NCBI GenBank assembly: GCA_963845185.1
Contig: CAWJRG010000005.1
Span: forward strand, 320,001-384,000
Source: an uncultured bacterium
GTDB lineage: Bacteria; Oederibacteriota; PGYV01; CAWJRG01
Direction of reading: 5' to 3'
Length of the DNA: 64,000 bases
Under the pieces are notes generated by a model, which saw only the letters and a list, made by a program, of their open reading frames with translations, had not been told where the DNA came from and ran no database searches. Positions 20,726 through 30,919 of this stretch are shown here, one piece after another (the first letter of the stretch is position 1; each line of letters starts with the position of its first letter). Both the position numbers and the translations under genes were made by a program.

Positions 20726-23623
20726 TTACTGAAAAAGCATTTCTTCGGGTATTGGTGTTATTTTTTTGCCGTTAGGCATGATAATATATGACGTAGTATA
20801 CATGGAGTAGCGATATTGCTTCATTTTTATACTTATATTATGAAATCCTTTACTAAGGTATATTGTTTTAATTACCGGTATTTCCACATTAGCGATATTA
20901 TAAAGCGACTGGGATATTCCTTCTTTGGCTTGCACTGTAAAAACTTCTTTGCCGTCTATAAATATCTGCGTGTCCTGTCCGCCGCCCGTTATCCCGAACT
21001 CATATTCGCCTTCGTTGTCTGTTTTTATCCTGCCAGACCACTCGCATGCCATATAGTCGTCAAATCCATCCTTCCATTTCCTCCCCTCCATAGTTTCGGC
21101 AAGCCACCTGTCATAAATAGCGGATGTTATATCCTCCCTGATTAAAGAAGCACCTTCGCCTTTTGCGAACTGGCTGTATGTCCCTTTCAACCCGTTTTGC
21201 CTTATTTCTTTCACAAACCTGCCGTATTTTGCCGGTATAAAATTATCATTGCCCGACCCTTTGATATATACTTGCTCTTTCCCCGTTATTGAATCTGCCT
21301 TGATATCTATATTATATATGGAAGCGAAAAACTTTATTTCATCCGTTATGCCTCCTGTCAACCTGATTCTTTTTCCGTTGATTCTAAGCGAAGGATTGTT
21401 GAAATTTTCAAATTTTAATATATACGTGCCATTGTCAAATATCCTTATGCCTCCCCTAAAAGCGCCGGGTACATGGATATTCCTGCCCGACTGCGCGTCA
21501 AAATTAAATACTCCATCCTGTTGTTTTCCCGAGTTATCATAAAACCTCAACCCTGCCATTTCCCTTATGTCGCTTTCTGGTATTTTAAAAGTTATTACGT
21601 CGATATTCGTGTCATAATAATACGGGCAAAGAACATAAAAAAACATGTAATCCGACATTGTGGCGGTCCATTTGCGGCCTTTATAAATTGTCATTTCGGC
21701 ATTCGGAAACCTTTTTTTAAAGAAATCAAAAGCGTCCTTGTAAAAAGAATCCAAAATTAAAATTACGTCTTTTTGGCCGTAAGGAAACATCAAAAGGCTT
21801 TCAATTGAAAACTGCTGCTTTGCGAAAAGTTCAGGCTTTTTATTTCCATGAAAATAAATATTTTCTCCCATAAACGGTACACCGTGCCAGCCGCCGTAAA
21901 AATACTGGCTCGCGTATATATCGCATTTTTCACTGTTTGTTTTGTATATATTGTTGAATTTGTATTCGATCGGAGAATAGCCCATGCTGATGTCAGGGTC
22001 GTTTACCATTTTTGAAAAATAAGTATCTATGCCGGACACGCACGCTGCCAGTACCGCGAAGGCCATGATAACCTTTGCCGCCAGCTGTTTAAATCCTGCG
22101 CTTACATTCATAAGATAGTTTATTGCTATTGCCATTATTAAAAAGGCGTCGCCAAACACTATTATCCCCCTCTGTGTGCTTGGCGGTGACCAGTAATATG
22201 AAAAAATGCCTGGCAGTAAGCCTCCTATAAAAAGCAAAACCGCTATAAAAGATACCCTGCTTTTTATGCTGGATAAAGCTATGCCTGCTCCCAGCAGGAA
22301 AAAAGCTGTCTCGATATTTCCCAGCACTGGCTTGCCCGGATAATTCAGCCATGTGCTCTGGCTCCCTTTAATTGTCAGCATGCCAAGATATGCAGAAATG
22401 TTGCTGATTATTTCATTTGTATTCTTGGCGGCAATCGCGGATACGTATGAAAAATATCCATGCACATCCATTAATATGTATATAATGAGCGGTATCAGCG
22501 ATAAAATAAAGCATGTTATAAAAACCCATAAATCGCCTGTCATTTCTTTGGCTGTATCATACCTTTTCTCTTTTTTGGCGCGCAGCAGCTCATAGGCAAT
22601 ATATACGGCTAGCATTAAAACAAATATTTTATCTGCATTATAAAAATACAGCGACCATCCTGCTATTGCACCGGAAAAAGCTAGCGACAGCCGGCTCCGC
22701 TTTACAAAACCGTATATTGCCAGCCCTATACCCGCCCATACGAAAAAGTTTGTCAGCGGCACCAGCAGCATCCACCTGGATATATGAATGTAAACATGAT
22801 TGCACGCGAAAATGCAGGATGATAAAAAAGCTGTGTCTGTCTTGAAAAATAATCGCAAAAAAAGGTAAAAGGATATTATTGTAACAACGGCGCTGACAGC
22901 AGCCGGAACCCTTAATACTGCCGTATTTACTCCGAACAATTGGTAAAAAAAAGACAGGAAATATGACCCTACCAGATCCGTATTCCACGGGTTGTAACTG
23001 CCTGAATACAACAACGGTTTGTACGTGCCGTTTATTATGCTGAAAGCCTTATCAGAGAACAGCACCTCGTCGCTGGTTACCCCGGGGAATATGCGCCCTA
23101 TGGCGTAGAAACGTGTGAAAGCGGCAAGTCCTATAAGAAATATAAGTGCAATTATATCTAAAAATATTCCAGGGCTGCGTTTTGGCTCAACTATTCTTCC
23201 CCTGTTAAGCATTATTGCGCTAAACCCGGCGGCTATGATTATGAACTGCGCTATTAATGGCAGCTTGTCTAAATGATTATTAAAACCCACTGTTAAAAAA
23301 ATAATGCACGCGCATAAAACAAGGAAAATAATCGATTTAAAGTTCAGTTCAATGCTGTAGCCAGGTTCGACGGGCAGGGATTTGTCTGTGTTTTTATCTT
23401 TTGCCCCAGCAAAAATTCTCGTCACGAGCCATATTGAAAATATTAAAAGCAGGAAATAAAGCCAGACCAGTGAAGTAAATTGTATTATGACAACCTGTAT
23501 TATGACTGCGGCCGCAAGTGTCAGGATTGGCTTTTTAAGGATAGCGCCCTTTATGCCTGAAAAAAATTCAGTAATTGCCGCTGGTTTTTTGTTTTTACTA
23601 TTTTCCCTTCTTTTTTGTTTCAT
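20726..23623 (-). CDS. GT-C (ArnT/PMT-like) membrane glycosyltransferase with C-terminal PA14-like domain, paralog 1
   Basis: Multi-TM N-half with PGVTSDE motif; C-terminal GLKGTY...EWSGRI...GEYEFG...IFIDGK. Confidence 0.75.
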   Translation of the reverse strand: MKQKRRENSKNKKPAAITEFFSGIKGAILKKPILTLAAAVIIQVVIIQFTSLVWLYFLLLIFSIWLVTRIFAGAKDKNTDKSLPVEPGYSIELNFKSIIFLVLCACIIFLTVGFNNHLDKLPLIAQFIIIAAGFSAIMLNRGRIVEPKRSPGIFLDIIALIFLIGLAAFTRFYAIGRIFPGVTSDEVLFSDKAFSIINGTYKPLLYSGSYNPWNTDLVGSYFLSFFYQLFGVNTAVLRVPAAVSAVVTIISFYLFLRLFFKTDTAFLSSCIFACNHVYIHISRWMLLVPLTNFFVWAGIGLAIYGFVKRSRLSLAFSGAIAGWSLYFYNADKIFVLMLAVYIAYELLRAKKEKRYDTAKEMTGDLWVFITCFILSLIPLIIYILMDVHGYFSYVSAIAAKNTNEIISNISAYLGMLTIKGSQSTWLNYPGKPVLGNIETAFFLLGAGIALSSIKSRVSFIAVLLFIGGLLPGIFSYYWSPPSTQRGIIVFGDAFLIMAIAINYLMNVSAGFKQLAAKVIMAFAVLAACVSGIDTYFSKMVNDPDISMGYSPIEYKFNNIYKTNSEKCDIYASQYFYGGWHGVPFMGENIYFHGNKKPELFAKQQFSIESLLMFPYGQKDVILILDSFYKDAFDFFKKRFPNAEMTIYKGRKWTATMSDYMFFYVLCPYYYDTNIDVITFKIPESDIREMAGLRFYDNSGKQQDGVFNFDAQSGRNIHVPGAFRGGIRIFDNGTYILKFENFNNPSLRINGKRIRLTGGITDEIKFFASIYNIDIKADSITGKEQVYIKGSGNDNFIPAKYGRFVKEIRQNGLKGTYSQFAKGEGASLIREDITSAIYDRWLAETMEGRKWKDGFDDYMACEWSGRIKTDNEGEYEFGITGGGQDTQIFIDGKEVFTVQAKEGISQSLYNIANVEIPVIKTIYLSKGFHNISIKMKQYRYSMYTTSYIIMPNGKKITPIPEEMLFQ

Positions 23624-23631
23624 TAAATATT

Positions 23632-23660
23632 ATTATATCCCCCTGTGCCATGCCAGTCAA
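23632..23660 (-). promoter_or_regulatory. Sigma70 promoter 8 nt from ATG (leaderless-type)
   Basis: TTGACT-N17-TATAAT-AATATTTA-ATG; no SD. Confidence 0.55.
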
Positions 23661-23700
23661 TTTATTTTTGTAACGGAGCTTTCCCTTTTATATTGAGAAA

Positions 23701-26586
23701 TTACTGATAAAGCATTTCTTCCGGTATTGGGGTTATTCTTTTGCCGTCAGGCATAATAATATATGATGCCATATACAGGGCAATCGTATGTTGATTTACT
23801 CTTATCCTGATATTATGGAAGCCTTTTTTTAGGAGTATTTTTTTGCCCTCAGGTTCTTGCACGTTTGGTTTGTACCAGCCCTGCAATGAATCGTCTATAA
23901 AATATGTTGAATATACCTGCTTGCCGTCTATAAATATCTGCGCGTCCTGCCCCCCGCCTGTTATTCCGAATTTATATTCGCCTTCCTTGTTTGTTTTTAT
24001 CCTGCCCGACCATTCGCATATAAGATAGGTCTCAAATCCTTGTCCCCACTTTCTTCCTTCCATATCTTCGAGAAGCCACCTGTCATAAATAGTGGATGTT
24101 ATGTCCTCCCTGATTATAGGCGCGCCTTCGCCTTTGACATACTGGCTGTATATCCCTTTCAGCCCGTTTTGCCTTATTTCTTTTACAAACCTGCCGTATT
24201 GCACTGGTATAAAATCATCATTGCCCGGACCTTTGATATATATTTTCTCTTTCCCCGTTACAGAATCTGCCTTGATATCTATATTATATATGGAAGCGTA
24301 AAGTTTTATTTCATCCGATATACCTCCTATCAACCTGATTCTTTTTCCGTTGATTTTAAGCGAAGGGTTCCTGAAATTTTCAAACTTAAAAATATAAGTA
24401 CCGTTTTCAAATATCCTTATGCCTCCCCTAAAAGCCCCGGCTACCGGTATATTCCTGCCGGATTGCGCGTCAAAATCAAACATGCCATCCTGCTGTTTCC
24501 CCGAATTATCATAAAACCTCAACCCTGCCATTTCCCTTATATCGCTTTCAGGTACCTTGTAAGTTATTATGTCAATACCAGTATCATAATAATACGGGCA
24601 AAGGATCCACATTACCATATTTTCCGACACTTCGTTAGTCTGCCATTTACGTCCGTTATAAATTGTCATTTCAGCGTTTGGGAATCTCTTTTTAAAAAAA
24701 CTAAAAGCGTCTTTATAAAAAGAATCCAGTATTAAAATCACATCTTTTTGGCCGTAAGGGAACATTAAAAGGCTCTCAATTGGAAACTGCTGCTTCGCAA
24801 AAAATTCCGGCTTTTTACGTTTATAAAAATAAATACTCCCTCCCATAAAAGGCACGCCTCGCCAGCCACCCTCAAAATATTTGCTCAAGTACATGTCGTA
24901 CTTATCACTGTTTTCCCTGCATATGCCGTTGATTTTATATTCAATCGGTGAAAAACCAAGGCTGATATCAGGGTCATTTGCCATTTTTGAAAAATAAGTG
25001 TCTATACCCGACATGCAGGCTGCCAGTACCGCAAAAGCCATAATAACCTTTGCCGCCAGTTGTTTAAAGCCTGTGCCTATATTCATAAGAAAATTTATTG
25101 CTATCGTTATTACTAAAAAAGCCGCGCTCAGAGCTATTATTGCCCTCTGGGTGCTTGGAGGTAGCCCATAATGTGAAAAAATTCCGGGCAGTAGTCCGCC
25201 TAAAAAAAGCAAAACTGCTATAAAAGATACCCTGCTTTTAACAGTGGCTAGCGCTATGCCTGCTCCCAGCAGGAAAAAAGCTGATTCAATATTGCTAAAC
25301 ACGGGCCTGTCTGGATAATTTAACCATGTGCTTTGTGTGCCTTTAACCGTCAGCATGCCAAGGTATGACCCGATATTTTTAATTATTTCCGCCGTGCCGT
25401 TGGCGGTAATGGCCGCTACGTATGAAAAATATGCGCGGGTATTGGTTATCACGTACATTATGAGCGGGATCAGGGCTAAGACAAAACAGATTAAAAAAAC
25501 CGATAAATAAGAAGATATCTCTCTTGCCGAGTCATACCTCTTCTCTTTTTTGGCGCGCAGCAGCTCATATACAATATATACGGCCAGCAGCAAGACAAAA
25601 ATTTTATTGGCATTATAAAAATACAGCGACCATCCTGCAACTGCCCCGGCAAAAGCAAGCGACAGCCGGCTGCGCTTTACAAACCCATATACTGCCAGGC
25701 CGAAACCCGCCCAAATAAAAAATGGTGTCAGGGTTTGTATATGCATCCACCGGGATATATGGAGGTAAACGTGGTTGCTGGCAAAAATAGCAGACGAAAA
25801 GAATGCGGTTTCCGTCTTAAAAAACAAACGCAAAAAAAGATAAAAAGACGCCACCGAGAGTATCGAGAATAACGCGGTCGGAACTCTCAGAATTGCCGTA
25901 TTTACCCCGAAGAACCGGTAAAAAACCGAAAGCACATAGTAACCGGCGCTGGCAGCCTGGTCAGTGCCGCCGACGAACACAGACGGTTTGAATATGCCGT
26001 TTACTATATTAAGGGCTGTTTCCGAAAGCAGCACCTCGTCGCTGTTCACCCCGGGGAATATGCGCCCTATTGCGTAAAAACGGCTGAAAGCCGTAAGCCC
26101 GATAAGAATTACAAGTGCTGTTATGTCCAAAAATATGCCGGGGTATCTTTTAGGCTCAATGATTCTTTCCCTGTCAAGCAGGATTGCTATGAATCCGGCC
26201 GCAATGATTATAAACTGCATTATTACAGGAAATTTATCCAGCCGTTTATTAAAAATCACTGCGGAAAAAATAATATAAGCGCATAACACAAGAAAAATAA
26301 CCGATTTGAGGTTAAATTCAATTCCCCTGTCGGGTTCGACAGGTAGGGATTTGTCTGTATTTTTATCTTTTGCCCCAGCAAAAATTTTCGGAACGAACCA
26401 TATTGAAAATACCAACAGCAGTAAATACAACCAGAACAATATGGCTGTTTGTATCAAAACAACCTGTATGATAACTGCTGTTACAAGTATCAGGAGTGGT
26501 TTTACAGGAATGGCGCCTGAAAAATATTTCGGAATCGTCTCATCTGTTTGTGTATTTTTGAGGTTTTTACTTTTTTTTTGTTCCAT
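23701..26586 (-). CDS. GT-C membrane glycosyltransferase with PA14-like domain, paralog 2 (tandem duplicate)
   Basis: Colinear and highly similar to 20726-23623 (PGVNSDE). Confidence 0.75.
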   Translation of the reverse strand: MEQKKSKNLKNTQTDETIPKYFSGAIPVKPLLILVTAVIIQVVLIQTAILFWLYLLLLVFSIWFVPKIFAGAKDKNTDKSLPVEPDRGIEFNLKSVIFLVLCAYIIFSAVIFNKRLDKFPVIMQFIIIAAGFIAILLDRERIIEPKRYPGIFLDITALVILIGLTAFSRFYAIGRIFPGVNSDEVLLSETALNIVNGIFKPSVFVGGTDQAASAGYYVLSVFYRFFGVNTAILRVPTALFSILSVASFYLFLRLFFKTETAFFSSAIFASNHVYLHISRWMHIQTLTPFFIWAGFGLAVYGFVKRSRLSLAFAGAVAGWSLYFYNANKIFVLLLAVYIVYELLRAKKEKRYDSAREISSYLSVFLICFVLALIPLIMYVITNTRAYFSYVAAITANGTAEIIKNIGSYLGMLTVKGTQSTWLNYPDRPVFSNIESAFFLLGAGIALATVKSRVSFIAVLLFLGGLLPGIFSHYGLPPSTQRAIIALSAAFLVITIAINFLMNIGTGFKQLAAKVIMAFAVLAACMSGIDTYFSKMANDPDISLGFSPIEYKINGICRENSDKYDMYLSKYFEGGWRGVPFMGGSIYFYKRKKPEFFAKQQFPIESLLMFPYGQKDVILILDSFYKDAFSFFKKRFPNAEMTIYNGRKWQTNEVSENMVMWILCPYYYDTGIDIITYKVPESDIREMAGLRFYDNSGKQQDGMFDFDAQSGRNIPVAGAFRGGIRIFENGTYIFKFENFRNPSLKINGKRIRLIGGISDEIKLYASIYNIDIKADSVTGKEKIYIKGPGNDDFIPVQYGRFVKEIRQNGLKGIYSQYVKGEGAPIIREDITSTIYDRWLLEDMEGRKWGQGFETYLICEWSGRIKTNKEGEYKFGITGGGQDAQIFIDGKQVYSTYFIDDSLQGWYKPNVQEPEGKKILLKKGFHNIRIRVNQHTIALYMASYIIMPDGKRITPIPEEMLYQ

Positions 26587-26594
26587 TAAATCTT

Positions 26595-26623
26595 ATTATA
26601 TAACCCTGCGTTATGCCCGTCAA
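26595..26623 (-). promoter_or_regulatory. Sigma70 promoter 8 nt from ATG (leaderless-type)
   Basis: TTGACG-N17-TATAAT-AAGATTTA-ATG; no SD. Confidence 0.55.
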
Positions 26624-26790
26624 TTTATTTTTATAAATAATATAATTCCATACATCTTCAAAGTATGTAAACCCAGAAAATTTAGAATCAACCGTGTGCA
26701 TTTTTTATCATTAATTTCTGCCGTTTTTATATTGCTCTATTTTCGATTTTCCGTTCTCGATTATCGGATTTTTGCCTGCGGCAAAAATCA

Positions 26791-26865
26791 TGGCGCGCCT
26801 GGAGGGAATCGAACCCTCGCACATGGCTTCGGAGGCCAATGCTCTATCCGCTGAGCTACAGGCGC
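26791..26865 (-). tRNA. tRNA-Arg(CCG)
   Basis: Acceptor GCGCCTG/CAGGCGC, loop CT-CCG-AA, GGTTCGATTCC, GCCA. Confidence 0.95.
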
Positions 26866-26884
26866 GCATTTTTTTCTGAAATTA

Positions 26885-27022
26885 TGGCGCGTTCACCTAG
26901 GAATTGGCTGCTTCGCGGCTACCCGCCGCTGCGCTGCTCCTCCTCGTCCGCCTTTCGCTCGTTCCTGCTCGCTCATCACCCATTTAGGGTACGGCGGACT
27001 CGTTTCAATTCCTGACTGCCGC
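26885..27022 (-). repeat. GA-rich insert closed by a degenerate tRNA-Arg 3' end
   Basis: Minus strand AGGAATTG...GAGCGAGCAGGAACGAGCGAAAGGC...GCGGGTAGCCGCGAAGCAGC-CAATTCCT-AGGTGAACGCGCCA. Confidence 0.7.
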
Positions 27023-27065
27023 TTAATGATTTTCTTTATTGCCTTCTTTACTTATATTAAAGTAT

Positions 27066-27141
27066 TGGCGCGCTCGGCAGGAATTGAACCTGCGACACCT
27101 TGATTCGTAGTCAAGTGCTCTATCCGCTGAGCTACGAGCGC
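27066..27141 (-). tRNA. tRNA-Arg(ACG)
   Basis: Anticodon arm CTTGA-CTACGAA-TCAAG, GGTTCAATTCC, GCCA; substrate of TadA. Confidence 0.95.
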
Positions 27142-27208
27142 GCGTTTTGATTTTTGATTTATGTTTCCCCCGTATTATACAGCAGTTCCATAGCCTTTCA
27201 ACAATATT

Positions 27209-28771
27209 TTAGGCTTTTTTCCGGCTTTTAAGATTTGATTTATTGCCAATTTTCAAAATGCCTTTTATCAGATCCATGTCATATTCGTCAAAATGCCTGA
27301 AAACAAATACGGATAAAACAATGAACGCAATGCTGAAAATAATTACTTCAATAAGGAAAAAAATCCAGTTCATTCTGACAGATATAAACTTATTTACTAA
27401 ATAATAAGCAGCATATGATATTAATATGGAAAGTGCCGGTTTAAAAAACACGCGAGCAAAATTTAACCTGTATTTCAAAAGTTTGTAAAACAGAATATAC
27501 ATTGCGGTTGCGCTCGCGAACATTGATATTGCAGTGCCTGTCAAAGCGCCGGACAGCCCGAACTTTCTCGCGAGTATTATGCTTAAAATGATATTCATGG
27601 CAGCGCCCAAAAGCGAAATTATCATCGGCCCGTTCACTCTTTCGAGGCCGTTCAGCAGGTTTATTGCTGAATAACCAAGCAGGTTGTAAGTGTACGCGCC
27701 TGCCAGGAAAACCATGACAACATACACACTTTCATACCCCGGGCCAAGCCACAAATTCACAAAATCATTTCCGAATATTATTATTCCCGCGCACATGAAT
27801 AAAGCCGCAAAAAACATGTATTTGTTGGCTTTTTCATAAAGTATTTCCATTTTATGCATCTGGTCTTTGGCCCTTAACTCGGACGCGGCCGGTAACAGAG
27901 AGGTAAGCCCCAGCATATCCGGCAGCGTGGATATGTATTTTGCCATATTCGAGCCTATCTGGTAAAAACCGGCAACTACAGGGTTTAAAAAATACCCGAG
28001 CACCAGCTTGTCCACATTATAATTTACAGTCCCGGCAATTCGCGTAACAAGCATTTTAAGGCTCAATGAAAGCATTTCTTTCAGCCTTTTAAAGCTGAAC
28101 AGCACTGGGTTAAATGACAATCTGAGGAAAACTATCCTGGTAAAAACAAGTATTAATATTGTTTCCGCTATTATAGAAAGCATCTGTACAATGGTTATGC
28201 CTTTTATTCCGAATCCGGCATAAAGCACCACGATAAAAAGTATAAACCTTGCTGTGCCTATTATTATATGAAGGATATTATAGATATAATATATATTGAA
28301 CCCGCTTAATAAGTATCCGAAACTTAGCAGAATAAAATTCACGATAAAAATATAAAAACTGAAGCCCAGCACAAACCTGGCTTTTTCAAGCAGCGGCTGG
28401 TCTACTTTAAAAAAAAGTTTTATCAGCTGGTTTTCCGAAACCATGAATAAACCCGTGAAAACCAGCGCAATAACAAAATAAAAAACAAAAAGCGTGTTAA
28501 GTATTTCATTTATTTTACCGGATTCTTTTTCAGGGTCGTATTTTGGTACAAAAACCGCGACCGCCGAAGGCGTCTGCAGGCTTAAGAATTCCATAAAAGC
28601 AAGTATGGTCCATGTAAGCGTCCATATTCCGAATGTTTCCTTGCCGACAAATTTTAGAATCAAGGGGGTTATGATAAAATTTATGGGTATCAAAATGCAG
28701 AAATAAATTATGTTTGTTATTGAATTCTTCTTGAGCCTGCTCTTGAGCGGTTCGTCAAGGTATTTGTTCAA
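27209..28771 (-). CDS. Wzx/MOP-family oligosaccharide flippase
   Basis: Many TM helices, FGIW near N-terminus, NVDKLVLGYF...GFYQIG, LWLGPGY. Confidence 0.8.
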   Translation of the reverse strand: MNKYLDEPLKSRLKKNSITNIIYFCILIPINFIITPLILKFVGKETFGIWTLTWTILAFMEFLSLQTPSAVAVFVPKYDPEKESGKINEILNTLFVFYFVIALVFTGLFMVSENQLIKLFFKVDQPLLEKARFVLGFSFYIFIVNFILLSFGYLLSGFNIYYIYNILHIIIGTARFILFIVVLYAGFGIKGITIVQMLSIIAETILILVFTRIVFLRLSFNPVLFSFKRLKEMLSLSLKMLVTRIAGTVNYNVDKLVLGYFLNPVVAGFYQIGSNMAKYISTLPDMLGLTSLLPAASELRAKDQMHKMEILYEKANKYMFFAALFMCAGIIIFGNDFVNLWLGPGYESVYVVMVFLAGAYTYNLLGYSAINLLNGLERVNGPMIISLLGAAMNIILSIILARKFGLSGALTGTAISMFASATAMYILFYKLLKYRLNFARVFFKPALSILISYAAYYLVNKFISVRMNWIFFLIEVIIFSIAFIVLSVFVFRHFDEYDMDLIKGILKIGNKSNLKSRKKA

Positions 28772-28820
28772 TTTTGCTCCGTTTATTTTATATTTTTATG
28801 CAGCCAATATCCAGTTGAAT

Positions 28821-30062
28821 TTATTCAGAAAGTATTTTAAAAAGGCAAAACAGCGCGGTTTGCGCCGCCCTTGTCCTTATTACTTCCCTGCTGCCGCCGA
28901 ACATATTCTTAAATGTCTTTGTTTCCCCTTTATAATCTATGGCAATATAAACAAGCCCAACCGGTTTTTCCTTGCTCCCGCCGCTTGGGCCTGCTATTCC
29001 TGTTATTGATATAGCAATGTCTGTCCTGAATTTTTCTGCGCATGCCTTTGCCATTCCTATTGCGCTTTCCTCGCTCACGGCCCCGAATCTAGTGATCACT
29101 TCTTCTTTCACGCCGAGCACGCCTGTCTTTATATCGTTTGAATATGAACTCAGTCCGCCTGCAAAATATTCTGAGCTGCCCGGAATGCTTGTAAGCCTGA
29201 AAGAAAGCAGGCCCGCGGTGCAGGACTCTGCCGTTGAAATTGTAAGCTTTTTCTCCTTCAGAAGCGCTGCCACTTTGGATTCAAGTGTTTCATCGTCCGA
29301 ACCGTAAATGTTTCCGCCCACGCGCGCATAAATTTCACTCGCCAGTTTGTCAATCATGCAGCCGGCTTTTTCCTCATCTTCGGCTTTCGCTGTCAGCCTT
29401 ATGTCTATTTCCGTTTGATGCGCGAGCAGGGCGATTGTGGGGTTCCTTGATTCTTTGAATATATCCTCTATTTTCTCATTCACGAGCGATTCAGGCATGC
29501 CCACAACTTTAAACACTTTTGATTTTATCACCATGTGCTTCCCGCCCATTTTTCCTATCAAATACGGTATCAGGGTATTTTCCATCATGGGGTGCATTTC
29601 GTCGGGAACGCCGGGCATTGCAGCTATTATTTTCGAATTGTGTTCAATGATAAACCCAGGCGCTGTGCCGACTTTATTTTCAATGACAAGCGCGCCGTCA
29701 GGGATATATGCCTGCACTTTGTTGTTTTCAGGCATTTTTATATTGCGCATTGCAAAATAATTTTCAATTTTTAAAATTGTGGCTTTATCTATTATCAGTT
29801 TTTTCCCCGTAAGCTGCGCTATAGCGTCCCTTGTGACATCGTCAACTGTAGGCCCGAGCCCGCCTGTCATTATGACCGCATCGCACCTGTCAAGCGCGAT
29901 GGCAATCGCTTGTTTTACCCGCTCGACGTTGTCGCCTACTGCGGTTTTATAATAAAGGTTTATGCCGGCTTCAGCCAGCTTTTTTCCTATAAAAATCGAG
30001 TTGGTGTCTGTTATCTGGCCAAGCAGCAGCTCTGTTCCTGTCGTTATTACTTCCGCGTTCAC
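28821..30062 (-). CDS. cinA: Competence/damage-inducible protein CinA
   Basis: GTELLLGQITDTN, TGGLGPTVDDVT, AESCTAG, SITGIAGP. Confidence 0.95.
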   Translation of the reverse strand: MNAEVITTGTELLLGQITDTNSIFIGKKLAEAGINLYYKTAVGDNVERVKQAIAIALDRCDAVIMTGGLGPTVDDVTRDAIAQLTGKKLIIDKATILKIENYFAMRNIKMPENNKVQAYIPDGALVIENKVGTAPGFIIEHNSKIIAAMPGVPDEMHPMMENTLIPYLIGKMGGKHMVIKSKVFKVVGMPESLVNEKIEDIFKESRNPTIALLAHQTEIDIRLTAKAEDEEKAGCMIDKLASEIYARVGGNIYGSDDETLESKVAALLKEKKLTISTAESCTAGLLSFRLTSIPGSSEYFAGGLSSYSNDIKTGVLGVKEEVITRFGAVSEESAIGMAKACAEKFRTDIAISITGIAGPSGGSKEKPVGLVYIAIDYKGETKTFKNMFGGSREVIRTRAAQTALFCLFKILSE

Positions 30063-30916
30063 TTGAGCGATTCTTTCGCCTTTGCTACTATAGGTTCGAT
30101 TAAGTTCATGAACTCAAGCGGTATTACGAATTTCGTCGAGTTGTTCGCGCCAAGCGCCTTTAATGACTCGAAATACTGTATAAGCATGGTTTTTGAGTCG
30201 ATATTTTTCGCTGCGGAAAATATCTGAGCAAGCGCCTGCGAGTAACCCTCTGCCCTTAAAATCTGCGACTGCCTGTCGCCCTCGGCTTTCAATATCTGTG
30301 CCTGCTTGTCGCCCTCGGCAACAGTTATCGCTGCCACCTTTTTTCCTTCTGCTTCTATAACAAGCGCCCTTCTTGTCCTTTCGGCAGACATCTGCCTGTT
30401 CATGGCTTCCTGTATTTCCCTTGGCGGTGTTATTTCCCTTATTTCCACCGACGTCACTTTAACGCCCCACCTTTCGGTTACCTCGTCGAGCTTTGTCCTT
30501 AAAAGCGTGTTTATCTGTTCTCTTTTCGCTAGCACTTCGTCAAGGTTTATATCGCCGACTATCGCCCTCAATGTCGTAGTCGCTATGCCCTGCGATGCGC
30601 CAGCAAAATTCTGCACCTGCACAACGCTTTTTACCGGTTCGGTCACCTTCCAGTAAATCAGGAAATCAATGGAGATTGGCGCATTGTCTTTTGTGATGCA
30701 AGTCTGCTGCGGTATTTCAAGAAACAATTCCCTTAAATCAACCCATACTGGCCTGTCCACACCGAAAGGTATTAAAAGCACAAGGCCCGGGCCTTTATCG
30801 CCTATGCACCTTCCAAGCCTGAAAATAACAATCCTGTTATACTCCGGCACGATTTTAATCAGCGTAGGGAGCATAATAACCACCACTACAACTACTGCGA
30901 TGATAATTGCCATCAT
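30059..30916 (-). CDS. SPFH/stomatin-like protein
   Basis: GPGLVLLIP, ITKDN, TERWGVKV, QMSAER coiled coil. Confidence 0.92.
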   Translation of the reverse strand: MMAIIIAVVVVVVIMLPTLIKIVPEYNRIVIFRLGRCIGDKGPGLVLLIPFGVDRPVWVDLRELFLEIPQQTCITKDNAPISIDFLIYWKVTEPVKSVVQVQNFAGASQGIATTTLRAIVGDINLDEVLAKREQINTLLRTKLDEVTERWGVKVTSVEIREITPPREIQEAMNRQMSAERTRRALVIEAEGKKVAAITVAEGDKQAQILKAEGDRQSQILRAEGYSQALAQIFSAAKNIDSKTMLIQYFESLKALGANNSTKFVIPLEFMNLIEPIVAKAKESLK

Positions 30917-30919
30917 TTT

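Noticed and set aside
13420..26586. tRNA-anchored genomic island or prophage
   Set aside because: No integrase or phage genes, the region contains housekeeping tadA and cstA, and no distant att repeat was seen.
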